Assembly (NCBI GenBank): GCA_016933455.1
Contig: JAFGAZ010000009.1
Location: forward strand, 1-45,990
Source of the DNA: Candidatus Aenigmatarchaeota archaeon
GTDB taxonomy: Archaea; Aenigmatarchaeota; Aenigmatarchaeia; Aenigmatarchaeales; Aenigmatarchaeaceae
DNA: 45,990 nucleotides
Reading direction: 5' to 3'
Made by a program: the position numbers and the translations under genes. Numbering within the stretch: the first letter of the stretch is position 1; the number at the start of each line of letters is the position of its first letter. The notes under the pieces were generated by a model. That model worked only from the letters and a program-made list of their open reading frames with translations, did no database searches and was not told the DNA's origin. Below, piece by piece: positions 27,255 to 36,426 of the stretch.

Positions 27255-28397
27255 TTATCTTAGCAACTTTTTAAATCTTAACATCTCTTTTAGCCTGTCT
27301 CTCTTGCTTTTCTTGTTCTTTATCACTATCTTCTCTAGCTTGTCTAAAGCCTCGTCCACTGCTGACCTAAAGTCCCAAGCATAAGACTTTGTAACGTAAA
27401 AGCCCCTTTCCGAGCTAAGCCTTGCCCTTATGGAATACTTTACCCTGCCTTTTCTTTCGTATCTTTTCACGTGCAAAAAAAGAAAGGGATTTTTCACTAT
27501 CTTGGAGAGCTTTTCCATGCTGTCATTTAGCATCCTGTTTATCGTGCTCATTACAAAGTCGTCCTCTTCTTCAAGGCCGCTTATCTGGTATGATGGTCCC
27601 TTTGGATTTAGGCTTGATACATAGTATTCCAAAAGGTCTTTTTCTGTGACAACGCCTATCGGCGAATTGTTTTCAGAAACAATAACCCCGTCCGTGTCGT
27701 ACTTTCTCATCAGGTTTATGGATTCGCTAAGGGGAGTTTTCTTGTCTACTGATGTTGGGCGCTTGTTCATCACAGTCGATACAAGAATGTCTCTTGTTGT
27801 TAGCTTTTCAGCTGACATGGAGTAAAAGTTCATCCTTTCGCTTGGCTTTACTGCCCTTAGCAAGTCGAATATTGTGACAACGCCTACAATCTTCTTTTTA
27901 GAATCAACAACAGGCAGCCTTGAAATGTTCTTTTCTCTCATCAGAAATCTGGCTGTTCCTATGTCGTCTTCGTGGTATATTGTCTCGGCTTTTGACATCA
28001 CTGTCTCTGCCTTTGCCTGCCTAAAGGCCTTGCTTTTTGATGCCGCGTCAACTATGTCGCTAAGCGATATGATGCCTACTACGACCTTATTGTCAAGAAC
28101 AGGCAATGCCCTAAGGCCTGTTCTTAGAATCTTTTGCGCTGCCTCTTCTATTTCTTGGTCTGGTCGTATAGTTGCAGGCATGTGACCCATTACGGTTCTT
28201 ACCTTTATTCTGGTCGGGTCTGATATTTCCCTGCCAGCTATTTGTTTTGAGTATACTATTCCCTCTAGTTTGTTGTTTTCAAGCACCAGAACTTCCCTAA
28301 AGCAGTTCTTTTCTATTAATGACAATACGTCAGACACGCTGTCGTTAGGTTTGACGTATTTCAAATCCTTTGACATTATTTCGTTTACTTTCATCAT
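27255..28397 (-). CDS. Four-CBS-domain protein with C-terminal HPF/RaiA-like domain (putative ribosome hibernation factor)
   Basis: Repeated CBS motifs (LPVLD..VVGIISLSDI; LPVVD..IVGVVTIFDLL); tail LHVKRY...YSIRARL...AWDFRSAVDEALDKLEK. Confidence 0.8.
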   Translation of the reverse strand: MMKVNEIMSKDLKYVKPNDSVSDVLSLIEKNCFREVLVLENNKLEGIVYSKQIAGREISDPTRIKVRTVMGHMPATIRPDQEIEEAAQKILRTGLRALPVLDNKVVVGIISLSDIVDAASKSKAFRQAKAETVMSKAETIYHEDDIGTARFLMREKNISRLPVVDSKKKIVGVVTIFDLLRAVKPSERMNFYSMSAEKLTTRDILVSTVMNKRPTSVDKKTPLSESINLMRKYDTDGVIVSENNSPIGVVTEKDLLEYYVSSLNPKGPSYQISGLEEEDDFVMSTINRMLNDSMEKLSKIVKNPFLFLHVKRYERKGRVKYSIRARLSSERGFYVTKSYAWDFRSAVDEALDKLEKIVIKNKKSKRDRLKEMLRFKKLLR

Positions 28398-28399
28398 GA

Positions 28400-28948
28400 T
28401 CACGGACTAAGATAATTGATATTGTAATAAGTGACGTCGTTTTCGTTGTCAACTATTGCCCAAAGCATGCTGGACCTTATGTTGTGCGCAAGTCTTACTG
28501 CCCTTGAAAGCTCCTGGAAAGAGCAGGCATAGTCTTCTGGAACGCAGAAAACTATCCACTTTGTGTGCTCGTGCGGAGCCTTGGGACCTTTCTTTACCGG
28601 CTTTATGCCCCTGTCATACACCCTAAAATCGCAGCCGAACTTGAAGCCTGTTCTTACAGGAAGGCCTCTTTCTCTCATGTCCTTGTATACAATGTAGCGT
28701 ACAACAAACCTCGGGTCTATTTTCTGGGCCTGCTTGTAGAGCTTCTTCATCGTGACTTTTTTCTTGTTTTCAAAAAGCTCTATTCTTCCCTTTTCAAGAA
28801 GAAAGGCAGTTTCAACCAAAGAAAGCTCAAGGCCGTCTTCTATTAGTTCTCCAAACCAGCTCTCGTTAAAGAGCCTGTTGGCATCGTCCTTGTTCCAAAC
28901 AACAGACTTGTTTTCGCTAAGTTCAGCTTTGGCTATTTTCTTGGGCAT
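28400..28948 (-). CDS. endA: tRNA-intron endonuclease, single-unit (182 aa)
   Basis: LSLVETAFL, VYKDMRERG..VRTGFKFGCDFRVY, VRLAHNIR, AIVD...VTYY. Confidence 0.9.
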   Translation of the reverse strand: MPKKIAKAELSENKSVVWNKDDANRLFNESWFGELIEDGLELSLVETAFLLEKGRIELFENKKKVTMKKLYKQAQKIDPRFVVRYIVYKDMRERGLPVRTGFKFGCDFRVYDRGIKPVKKGPKAPHEHTKWIVFCVPEDYACSFQELSRAVRLAHNIRSSMLWAIVDNENDVTYYNINYLSP

Positions 28949-28987
28949 ATAATCACTTTATCATTATCCTATTTAAATTCTACGAGT

Positions 28988-29533
28988 CTACAACCTGATT
29001 CCCTTTGCCATCATGTTTATCTTGCAACTCTCGCAGAAATACTTTTGCTTTGAGTCGATGTCCCCGACCGAAGGGGAAAAGTTCATCACGCATTCCCTGT
29101 TGTCGCAGTGGTGAAGTCCCAGGTGGTGGCCCACCTCATGTATTACTTCCTTTGTAGCCCTTTCTGCTAGCAGGTTAAGGTTCGGAGTCTCGTCATAGAA
29201 CTCAGGCCTCATTCTCGCTATCGAAACAATAAAGCAGCTTATTGTCGGGTTCTCTAGGCTGAAGACAAAGCTCAAGCCCTTGAAGTAAAGGTCAGAGTCT
29301 ATTAGCATTATAGTGGGAATGTTTTTGTCTATGAACTTTACTGCTGACTCGTTGGCAAGCTTTGTTAGTATGACCTCGGCGTTGTGCTGCTTTCTCCAGC
29401 GGTTGAACGAATCTTCCGGCACGGAAAGCTTTGGCATCACGCGCGACTTTATGTTGATGTTCTCAAGCTCGTTTTGCACAGTGTCAAGCACTCTCTGAGG
29501 TATAATGCTTATTGGCACTATACGTAGAAACAT
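28988..29533 (-). CDS. amzA: Archaemetzincin zinc protease
   Basis: KEVIHEVGHHLGLHHCDNRECVMNFS...FCESC. Confidence 0.92.
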   Translation of the reverse strand: MFLRIVPISIIPQRVLDTVQNELENINIKSRVMPKLSVPEDSFNRWRKQHNAEVILTKLANESAVKFIDKNIPTIMLIDSDLYFKGLSFVFSLENPTISCFIVSIARMRPEFYDETPNLNLLAERATKEVIHEVGHHLGLHHCDNRECVMNFSPSVGDIDSKQKYFCESCKINMMAKGIRL

Positions 29534-29564
29534 ATTAGATAATTGGTTAATTGTGTTAAAAAAT

Positions 29565-29831
29565 CTAATTTTTTCTTGATTCTAACTGATTTTCTATTTC
29601 AACCTTCTCTCCGTTTATATATTTTACAATAATCGGATATAATTTTTCCATGAAATCTGGGAAAATTTTGTTTGCTGATACCACAAAATTCATATCCTCT
29701 TTTGTAAGACTTTTATCGTTTTCCCAGAACCTATCCACGATTTCGTCAAGTTCGAGCCAGATTTCTTCCGTCCCTTCCTTTCTTATGTATTGTTCTATTT
29801 CTTCCGAGTTTTTGAATCTCATACAAACCAC
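29565..29831 (-). CDS. Hypothetical acidic protein (start uncertain)
   Basis: ORF fills the gap downstream of tRNA-Phe; E/K-rich composition. Confidence 0.5.
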   Translation of the reverse strand: MVCMRFKNSEEIEQYIRKEGTEEIWLELDEIVDRFWENDKSLTKEDMNFVVSANKIFPDFMEKLYPIIVKYINGEKVEIENQLESRKN

Positions 29832-29842
29832 GAAAAGTAGAG

Positions 29843-29916
29843 TGGGACAGGCGTGATTTGAACACGCGACATCACGATCTTCAGTCGTGCGCTCTCCCAG
29901 GCTGAGCTACTGCCCC
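29843..29916 (-). tRNA. tRNA-Phe(GAA), no intron
   Basis: GGGGCAG/CTGTCCC acceptor; CACGA-CT-GAA-GA-TCGTG; GCGTG-TTCAAAT-CACGC. Confidence 0.96.
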
Positions 29917-30057
29917 ATACAACTGATAAAGGGATAATAATATTTAAGCTTTTTAATGTCGATATGGGGCTAAAATAAGAAGGAAAGACAAAGAAAAAAG
30001 GAAGTTAAAACAAGTCAACGACCGTCATCTTTGCATCGGGTCAAAAATCACAAATCA

Positions 30058-30159
30058 TTATTTTTTCTTTTTCTTTGTAGACTTCTTTGCTGTCTTTTTC
30101 TTGGTTGTCTTTTTCTTTGTTACTTTTTTCTTTGTTGTCTTCTTTTTCTTTGCTGGCAT
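30058..30159 (-). CDS. 33-aa lysine-rich peptide (histone H1/protamine-like), not in ORF track
   Basis: MPAKKKKTTKKKVTKKKTTKKKTAKKSTKKKKK; SD GAGGTG; upstream TTTTATATAT at ~30235-30244; TAATGA double stop. Confidence 0.8.
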   Translation of the reverse strand: MPAKKKKTTKKKVTKKKTTKKKTAKKSTKKKKK

Positions 30160-30281
30160 TTTTTACACCTCATTTTTTTTCGAAAAATATCACGAATAAT
30201 TTTTTTTATTCGTAATTAAGAATAACATTTCCCGATATATAAAATTATGTCTGAATTTTTTATGAAAAAAATTCCAAAGAA

Positions 30282-31364
30282 CTAGATTATCCAATCTTTT
30301 TTCTTTATTTTTTCCGGTATGTACTCATCCGATATGAAAGATATGCCCTTGGAAGATAGGGCTGCTAGTTCCACTTTGCCGTTTATTTGCTTCATGAGCT
30401 GGAACTGCCTTTTCCATTCCTTGTGATCCTTGAACCAGTCGTACTTTCCCATATCCTTCAATCTCTTGGCGTCAACTTCCTTGAACTTGATTATGTGCTT
30501 CTTTAAATCAAAGTTTTCTATGTCATCTCCTGTGAGACCTAGGAACCTTGCATTGGGTATTGTAAGCCTGTCTGAAATGTGTGCTAGAGAAATTGAACCG
30601 AATTTCAAAACAGAGTAGATGTAAAATCCCCAAGGGTCAAAGTCTGTTAGAACATACACGGGCAGCTTGTGCTCTACGTTGAGTCTTTGCAAAAGCCTTC
30701 TAACTCCTCTTGTTGACTGGCCCTGCGACGACATGATTATGCAGTTGAGCCTCTTCCACACCTTATCCTCGTGCAGCCTTTCCCATTCTGCAGCCTTTTC
30801 CATGTATATGACAAACTCTGCGTCAACACTCTTGAACTCTATTTCCTCGACGTTTGACGGTATTGACCATCCGCCTGAACCAAGCTTTGCCCAGTTCACA
30901 AGGTCTCCCTTGTCTTTAACTACAACATTGCCTGCAACGGAGCCCATCTTGTTGGCATTGATGTGAAGCTGCTCTCTTGAAAGAGATGTTATTAGTTCCA
31001 AATCCTCTATTGCCTTGTTGGAATCTTCTTGCTGGTCAACAAGGTCGATGTTGGTTCCTGGCAGAGTTCTTTTTATCCTGTAGTAGACTTCTCTGAGGCT
31101 CAGGTGCTTTTGCACTTCCACAAGCTCCTTGGCAGTGGCTGCTGCCTCTATTGTCTGGACGAACTTTTTGATGTGGGAAATGTTAAAGAAATGTCTCTTT
31201 GACGTGTTGTTTCCAAGGGTCAGTATGTTTTGCTTCTTGTCAAATATCGTGTTTGAAAGAGACCTTACAGGTATTTCCAAGGAGGGGTTTTTGTTTTGCT
31301 CTATTTCCTTGACTAGGTCCTTTCCCATTTTCTCGAGCTTTTGCGCAGACGTGTTCTTTTTCAT
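30282..31364 (-). CDS. top6A: DNA topoisomerase VI subunit A
   Basis: SLREVYY, QEDSNKAIEDLE, YMEKAA, TDFDPWGFYI, KVELAAL. Confidence 0.95.
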   Translation of the reverse strand: MKKNTSAQKLEKMGKDLVKEIEQNKNPSLEIPVRSLSNTIFDKKQNILTLGNNTSKRHFFNISHIKKFVQTIEAAATAKELVEVQKHLSLREVYYRIKRTLPGTNIDLVDQQEDSNKAIEDLELITSLSREQLHINANKMGSVAGNVVVKDKGDLVNWAKLGSGGWSIPSNVEEIEFKSVDAEFVIYMEKAAEWERLHEDKVWKRLNCIIMSSQGQSTRGVRRLLQRLNVEHKLPVYVLTDFDPWGFYIYSVLKFGSISLAHISDRLTIPNARFLGLTGDDIENFDLKKHIIKFKEVDAKRLKDMGKYDWFKDHKEWKRQFQLMKQINGKVELAALSSKGISFISDEYIPEKIKKKDWII

Positions 31365-32914
31365 TTTTTCTCACCCTTCTCCTCTTTCTTTAAGAAACCC
31401 TCAAGGCCCTTTATTATCTTTTCCTTCTTTTCACCCGAAAGCTTTGACAGGCTTTCTGCAACCTCGGGTATGTATCTTTCAAACATGTTCTGTCTCATCT
31501 CTATTTCCTTGTTTCTTTTCTTCTTTGATATGAAAATCTTGAGCTTTCTTCCGGCATCCTGCAAAGCCAGCTTTATTTCCTTTATTATTTCAGGATACGA
31601 AGCAATGGCTTGCTTTCCTTCGGACGTGAAAGGCACCCATACGGATGCAAAATGCACCAGTATCAAAAGAGGCCCGTTTGGCATAGAACCTTGCGATTGC
31701 TGCAGGCCGTATCTTCTCCAGTCAAGACTCTTGACAGCATCTGTTATTGCGCAGTCACCATTGTGATACATCAACGGGACCTTGTTTGCAAATCGTAGAA
31801 GCTCTGCAGAGTTTTTTGCGTTAAGATCCCCCCCGTACGCAAGCCCCACCTCAACAGCAAAAGGCCTTCCCTTGTAGACAGTTGGCGACCTTGCTATTGA
31901 AACGAAATGCTCTCCTTGTATTTCTTTTTTTAGACCTTTTTCAATCAAGGACTCTCCCAGCTGGGAAAGGCAGTCAGTGGAAGGCGCGATAAGCTTTACT
32001 TTTTGCATTGAGTTGTGCAAGTTGACAATGTCTTGGTGCCTTAGTTCAGAGGGCTTTGTCTTATTTTCTATCTTGGCAAGCTTTAGTATCTGGTCGGCTG
32101 ATGAGCTTCCCACCCTGCAAAAGTTCTTTCTCAAAAAGACGCTCATGTTCAAATCTTTCGATGTTCTTGCCATTCTTCTTAGTATGCCAAGCTCAACTCC
32201 GTGCGGATGGGGCTTTATTTCCTTTGGTAGGTTGGGCATTTCCTTTGTTGCCCTCTCAAACACTGTCTTGCCGTTTGGGCCGTTGTAAATTATCTTGGCA
32301 TAAGGGTTCATTATTGCTGTCTGCTTTAGGTACTCTGGTATGGACTGGCCCTTTTCAACATACCTTCCCTCTATCTCAAGCTCTATCTTTATGCCGTGCC
32401 AGCCTTTTAGGTTCTTTTCTTTTTTTGTAGATATTATGTTTGGCTGGTTCCTGACAACGTCTATTGTCATGTCAAGCTCTATAATGTCCTTTCCTGTGCT
32501 TGACGTGAGCTTTGCGGTCTTGCCTGTTGTCAGCTGTGAATATAATATGGCTCCTGCAACACCGATGCCTTGCGTTCCTCTTGCCTGCCTGAGCCTGTGG
32601 AACTTGCTGCCGTAGAGGAACTTGCCGAATGCCAAATGCAGCTTCTCTTCCACAATTCCGGGGCCGTTGTCCTCGACTCTTATCATGTACTTATTGTCTT
32701 CTGTTGGCTTTACTGTGACTTTTATGTCAGGCAGAATTCCTGCTTCCTCGCATGCGTCTATCGAATTGTCCACAAGCTCCTTTATGACGGTGAGCATTGA
32801 TTTTGTGGTGTTCTCATAGCCCAGAAGGTGCCTGTTTTTTTCAAAGAACTCGGCAATAGAAATTTCCTTTAGGTTCTTTGAAAGTTCCTGTGCGTCTTGA
32901 GTCTTTTTGGCCAT
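31361..32914 (-). CDS. top6B: DNA topoisomerase VI subunit B
   Basis: EFFEKNRHLLG, KELVDNSIDACEE, EDNGPGI, RGTQGIG, LRFANKVPL, VPFTSEGK. Confidence 0.96.
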   Translation of the reverse strand: MAKKTQDAQELSKNLKEISIAEFFEKNRHLLGYENTTKSMLTVIKELVDNSIDACEEAGILPDIKVTVKPTEDNKYMIRVEDNGPGIVEEKLHLAFGKFLYGSKFHRLRQARGTQGIGVAGAILYSQLTTGKTAKLTSSTGKDIIELDMTIDVVRNQPNIISTKKEKNLKGWHGIKIELEIEGRYVEKGQSIPEYLKQTAIMNPYAKIIYNGPNGKTVFERATKEMPNLPKEIKPHPHGVELGILRRMARTSKDLNMSVFLRKNFCRVGSSSADQILKLAKIENKTKPSELRHQDIVNLHNSMQKVKLIAPSTDCLSQLGESLIEKGLKKEIQGEHFVSIARSPTVYKGRPFAVEVGLAYGGDLNAKNSAELLRFANKVPLMYHNGDCAITDAVKSLDWRRYGLQQSQGSMPNGPLLILVHFASVWVPFTSEGKQAIASYPEIIKEIKLALQDAGRKLKIFISKKKRNKEIEMRQNMFERYIPEVAESLSKLSGEKKEKIIKGLEGFLKKEEKGEKK

Positions 32915-33075
32915 CTTATCACTTGATTCAATTTATTTCGGATTTGTTACTTTTAAAGTTTTTTTGTCTCTAGAAGTAATTCTTTGCTTTCTATTAGATA
33001 TACACGTGCTTTGTATAAATTTGTTTTGAGTAAAAAACAAGGCTTTAATAAAATTCGAAAATAACAATCTAATTA

Positions 33076-33606
33076 ATGATGGGAATACTAGAAACGCTTT
33101 TGGTTCCAAAAGACAGGGTGGGCGTGATAAAGGACACTCCCGTTACTCAAAGAATTGAGAAAGACCTAGGCGTGAAACTAAAATTTGACGACAACCTGCT
33201 TAAGATAACTGGCGAGGACGGTCTTAACATTTTCCAGGCAAAGACAATATGCAAGGCCATAGCAAGAGGCTTTGTCCCAAAAAAGGCATTCAAGCTTTTC
33301 AAAGAGGAAAACGTCTTGGACATTGTCGAGCTCTCTGGCATGAAGGACAACAAGATAAAGCTCATAAGGTCAAGGATGATCGGGACCAATGGCAAGACCA
33401 GAAGGATGATAGAGCGCTTTAGTGGCTGCTCGGTTTCTGTTTACGGCAAGACCATATCAATAATCGGCAAGTACGAGCAAAGCGTTATAGCCAAAGAAGC
33501 TGTCAACATGATATTAAGAGGCTCAAAGCACTCCAAGGTATACGGCTTCTTGCAGCAGGCAAAGAACGAATCATCTGCTGCCTCTAAGCTTGACCAGCTT
33601 GTCTAA
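33076..33606 (+). CDS. KH-domain pre-rRNA processing protein (Dim2/Pno1)
   Basis: KAIARGF, RMIGTNGKTRR, SVYGKTISIIG, GSKHSKVY. Confidence 0.9.
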   Translation: MMGILETLLVPKDRVGVIKDTPVTQRIEKDLGVKLKFDDNLLKITGEDGLNIFQAKTICKAIARGFVPKKAFKLFKEENVLDIVELSGMKDNKIKLIRSRMIGTNGKTRRMIERFSGCSVSVYGKTISIIGKYEQSVIAKEAVNMILRGSKHSKVYGFLQQAKNESSAASKLDQLV

Positions 33607-33861
33607 GGCCTTTGTTAGCATTTTCTTCTTATAGTCCTCTATGTTCATGTGCCAGTAAACGTTGGCCCTTGATATCTTTCTTTTTTTGGCCCTTCCCTTT
33701 TTGCACAAGGAGTCCATTTTTTTCTTCATGGTCTCTAGGGTGTCTGGCTTTATCGGTATCTTTTCTAGCTTTAGAATGTCAGAAGGTGTGCACGGGGAAT
33801 TTGTCAGAATAAGCAATTCAAGCTTTTCGTCTTGTGGATAGTCGTGTATTCTTTTCGGCAA
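33571..33861 (-). CDS. Hypothetical basic protein, probable wHTH
   Basis: TTG start after AGTGA; MDSLCKKGRAKKRKISRANVYW wing-like segment. Confidence 0.55.
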   Translation of the reverse strand: MPKRIHDYPQDEKLELLILTNSPCTPSDILKLEKIPIKPDTLETMKKKMDSLCKKGRAKKRKISRANVYWHMNIEDYKKKMLTKALDKLVKLRGSR

Positions 33862-33900
33862 TTAATCACTAGAAATAATTGGGGTTTGAAATAAAAAAAG

Positions 33901-34206
33901 TCAGACTAGAACGTCTAGTGATATCTTCTTTAGAAAGCCCTTTCTTTGCAGCCACAGAGCCTGGGCCTTGGAATACTTCCATATGACATCAGCTCTCTCA
34001 TCAGCCTGAACTATCCATGGCTTTATCAAAACAAGGTTGCCCGGCTTTAGCCAGAGCCTTCTTCTCATGCGCCCTGGTATTCTACACACTCTGGAGTTGC
34101 CGTCATTGCAGCTAACTTCCATTCTGCCACCGCCCAAAAGAGCCATCACAATTCCGATTATTTCGTCGTCTTTTGGCGTTCTTACTCTTATTACCTCTTC
34201 TTCCAT
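33901..34206 (-). CDS. eif1a: Translation initiation factor aIF-1A
   Basis: LLGGGRMEVSCNDG..RVCRIPGRMRRRLW, DVIWKY. Confidence 0.95.
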   Translation of the reverse strand: MEEEVIRVRTPKDDEIIGIVMALLGGGRMEVSCNDGNSRVCRIPGRMRRRLWLKPGNLVLIKPWIVQADERADVIWKYSKAQALWLQRKGFLKKISLDVLV

Positions 34207-34213
34207 TCAATCA

Positions 34214-34846
34214 CTAAATCCTTACTACAATTATGCTCCTATAAATATCTTTCCCTTCCTTTTTGGTTACAATCCTAAAGCTTTTCTTTATTTTCGCCTT
34301 AAATCTCCTCTTCATTGCAACAGCCATGCTGTTTGCAAAGTTCTTGTCTGTAAGGTAAACGTCAAAGCCGTTCTTTCTCTGGTCAGCCCTGTAGCTCTTT
34401 TTTTCTTTAACCATAACGTCGACCATAAAGTTCATGGCCTCTTCCGATTTTCCTCTTAGCTGCATTATGGCCTCATAGTAGCCTCCGGAATCCCTTGCGC
34501 AAGAGGGGCAAACTATCTTGTTTATCTTAAGTTTTATAACATGCCTTTCTTTTTTTGGTTTTTTGCAGTCTTCCAAAAAGCCCTTGGCGTCTATTGTTAT
34601 GTCTTCGTCAACGCCTATTTTGAGGCTGACATTTTGGCCCATAATTTTTATTTTGTCCTTTAACACGTCCTTTATTGTTATTTCCATCCACCTGTTTCTG
34701 TGCCTTACCTTGTCGCACCTGCTGCACATCTTTATCTGCAATTCCTTGGGCACCTTGACTAACTGGTACTTTTTGTTGTAGCAGTCCTCGCAGTAGCCCT
34801 CTACCAAATCGTTGGTTTTCTTGCCGCAAACAAAGCAAAACTTCAT
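34214..34846 (-). CDS. nmd3: NMD3-family ribosome biogenesis protein
   Basis: Four CxxC pairs, GYYEAIMQLR; ATG overlaps the upstream TGA (ATGA). Confidence 0.88.
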   Translation of the reverse strand: MKFCFVCGKKTNDLVEGYCEDCYNKKYQLVKVPKELQIKMCSRCDKVRHRNRWMEITIKDVLKDKIKIMGQNVSLKIGVDEDITIDAKGFLEDCKKPKKERHVIKLKINKIVCPSCARDSGGYYEAIMQLRGKSEEAMNFMVDVMVKEKKSYRADQRKNGFDVYLTDKNFANSMAVAMKRRFKAKIKKSFRIVTKKEGKDIYRSIIVVRI

Positions 34847-35967
34847 AGCACGTACCATAATGTTATCTCCAGTTCGGAAACCTCTGTCATGTCACAGCAC
34901 TGCGAAAAGAAGGACGAAACTGTTGTTGTTTCCCTTGTGGTGTAGACGCCCTTGGCAATCCATTCGTCGTTTCTTGATATTATCGCAGCTTTCAAAAGGC
35001 TTTTGTACTCGTCGCTTGGTTCAAAGTCTGATATCCAAATAGCGTTTTTGTTAGAAGCCATTGATGCCGCGCTTCCTGAAGGTCCCAATATCTTATTGCC
35101 CTCTACATCATTTAAATCAGAAAAATCCTCGAATATGAAGCCTGTTCTCGCTGCTTGTATTATAGCTTCTCCGGAATTGTAATCAAAGCTTTTCACCTTG
35201 AACGTGTTTCCATTTATGACAAACTCTTCTCCTGTGTTCAAGAAGCTTAGAACTTCTGTTCCTCTTGTTATGTTTATGTAAGAATTTCTGTATATTACGT
35301 TCCACGCATCCCCCCAAAGATACCAAATGCTGTTAACATCAAAGCCTATGCCCATGAAATACTTTTCAACATCCTCTAAAGACGGGTCGTATGTTACGAA
35401 CTTGTTCGGGTTCGAAACGCTGCCTGATGGCTGCAGGCCAAATATTTCGTTAAAGTCCGCGTTGTCATTCGAATAAGTTGCATTTATGCCCAAGACCACG
35501 CCGCCGTTGTCAAGGTAGTTTTTTATGTTTTCCTTTTCAGCTGTGTACCCCGTGTAGTTTACAAGGACTATCGCATCAAAATCAGGTATGCCGTTTTCTA
35601 TGTGATAATTCTGGACATCGAAAACAATGTACCTCCCGTTAACATATGCGGGCGTTAGGATGCTTTGCAGATATCCGCATGAAAGTTCGGTGCAGCCCAC
35701 GGTTATATTTGTTTTAGGGGAACCCAAAACTCTTATGCCATATCCCACGTTAGCAGGCTTTACCTTTTCAATGCCGGTGAAATCCGTTTCAAGAACTTTT
35801 AAAAAATTGTCATCGTTGTTTAGATAGTCTATTATGTTGTTTCCAACTGCCACAAGATCTGCATTGTTCCAGTTCTGCTTGACCCTTATGGCAAAGAACG
35901 CGCTTAGTATCACAACTATGAGAATTGATGCTACAGCAATTTCCAACAGATAAACAAACCCTTTCAT
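34843..35967 (-). CDS. Large minor pilin-like protein (class III signal)
   Basis: MKG|FVYLLEIAVASILIVVIL. Confidence 0.75.
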   Translation of the reverse strand: MKGFVYLLEIAVASILIVVILSAFFAIRVKQNWNNADLVAVGNNIIDYLNNDDNFLKVLETDFTGIEKVKPANVGYGIRVLGSPKTNITVGCTELSCGYLQSILTPAYVNGRYIVFDVQNYHIENGIPDFDAIVLVNYTGYTAEKENIKNYLDNGGVVLGINATYSNDNADFNEIFGLQPSGSVSNPNKFVTYDPSLEDVEKYFMGIGFDVNSIWYLWGDAWNVIYRNSYINITRGTEVLSFLNTGEEFVINGNTFKVKSFDYNSGEAIIQAARTGFIFEDFSDLNDVEGNKILGPSGSAASMASNKNAIWISDFEPSDEYKSLLKAAIISRNDEWIAKGVYTTRETTTVSSFFSQCCDMTEVSELEITLWYVL

Positions 35968-35968
35968 G

Positions 35969-36421
35969 CTACCAAAACTCCAGCGTCACGTTGCCATAAT
36001 CCCCGTCTATGTCAACGTGCCTTGTTTCTATTGTTGAGGGTGAGTCGAGCATATCATAGCCGCAAAAAAGAATAAGGTCTGACGAATCATATATTCTCAG
36101 CCTATAGCTTCCTAGGTCAAAATCATCTAGAAGATTGCAGTTGTCATAAAGAGCATCTATCTTGATTCTTGATAATTCGAGTGTGCCTGTTGCAAGTCCT
36201 ACTCTTCTAGTGCTCCATATGTTAACATTCCAGTTACTCGGGCTGCCAGGGTCTTCTGTTAAAATAGTTATTACATTTAGAGCCTTTGATTTTAGTATGT
36301 CTGATCTTGAATCGCTAAGTAGGTTTCGAAAAGTTATGTTGGTCTGATTCACTATGAAAATAAGTATTATAGCAAATATGAGTATTCCTGCAACGAATTC
36401 TATTCTCATCTGACCTTTCAT
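35969..36421 (-). CDS. Minor pilin-like protein (class III signal)
   Basis: MKG|QMRIEFVAGILIFAII (E at +5); PGSPSNW. Confidence 0.8.
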   Translation of the reverse strand: MKGQMRIEFVAGILIFAIILIFIVNQTNITFRNLLSDSRSDILKSKALNVITILTEDPGSPSNWNVNIWSTRRVGLATGTLELSRIKIDALYDNCNLLDDFDLGSYRLRIYDSSDLILFCGYDMLDSPSTIETRHVDIDGDYGNVTLEFW

Positions 36422-36426
36422 TCAAA

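Noticed and set aside
16439-29916. Integrated element at tRNA-Arg or tRNA-Phe
   Set aside because: No integrase/transposase and no duplicated tRNA 3' end seen; intervening genes are housekeeping.
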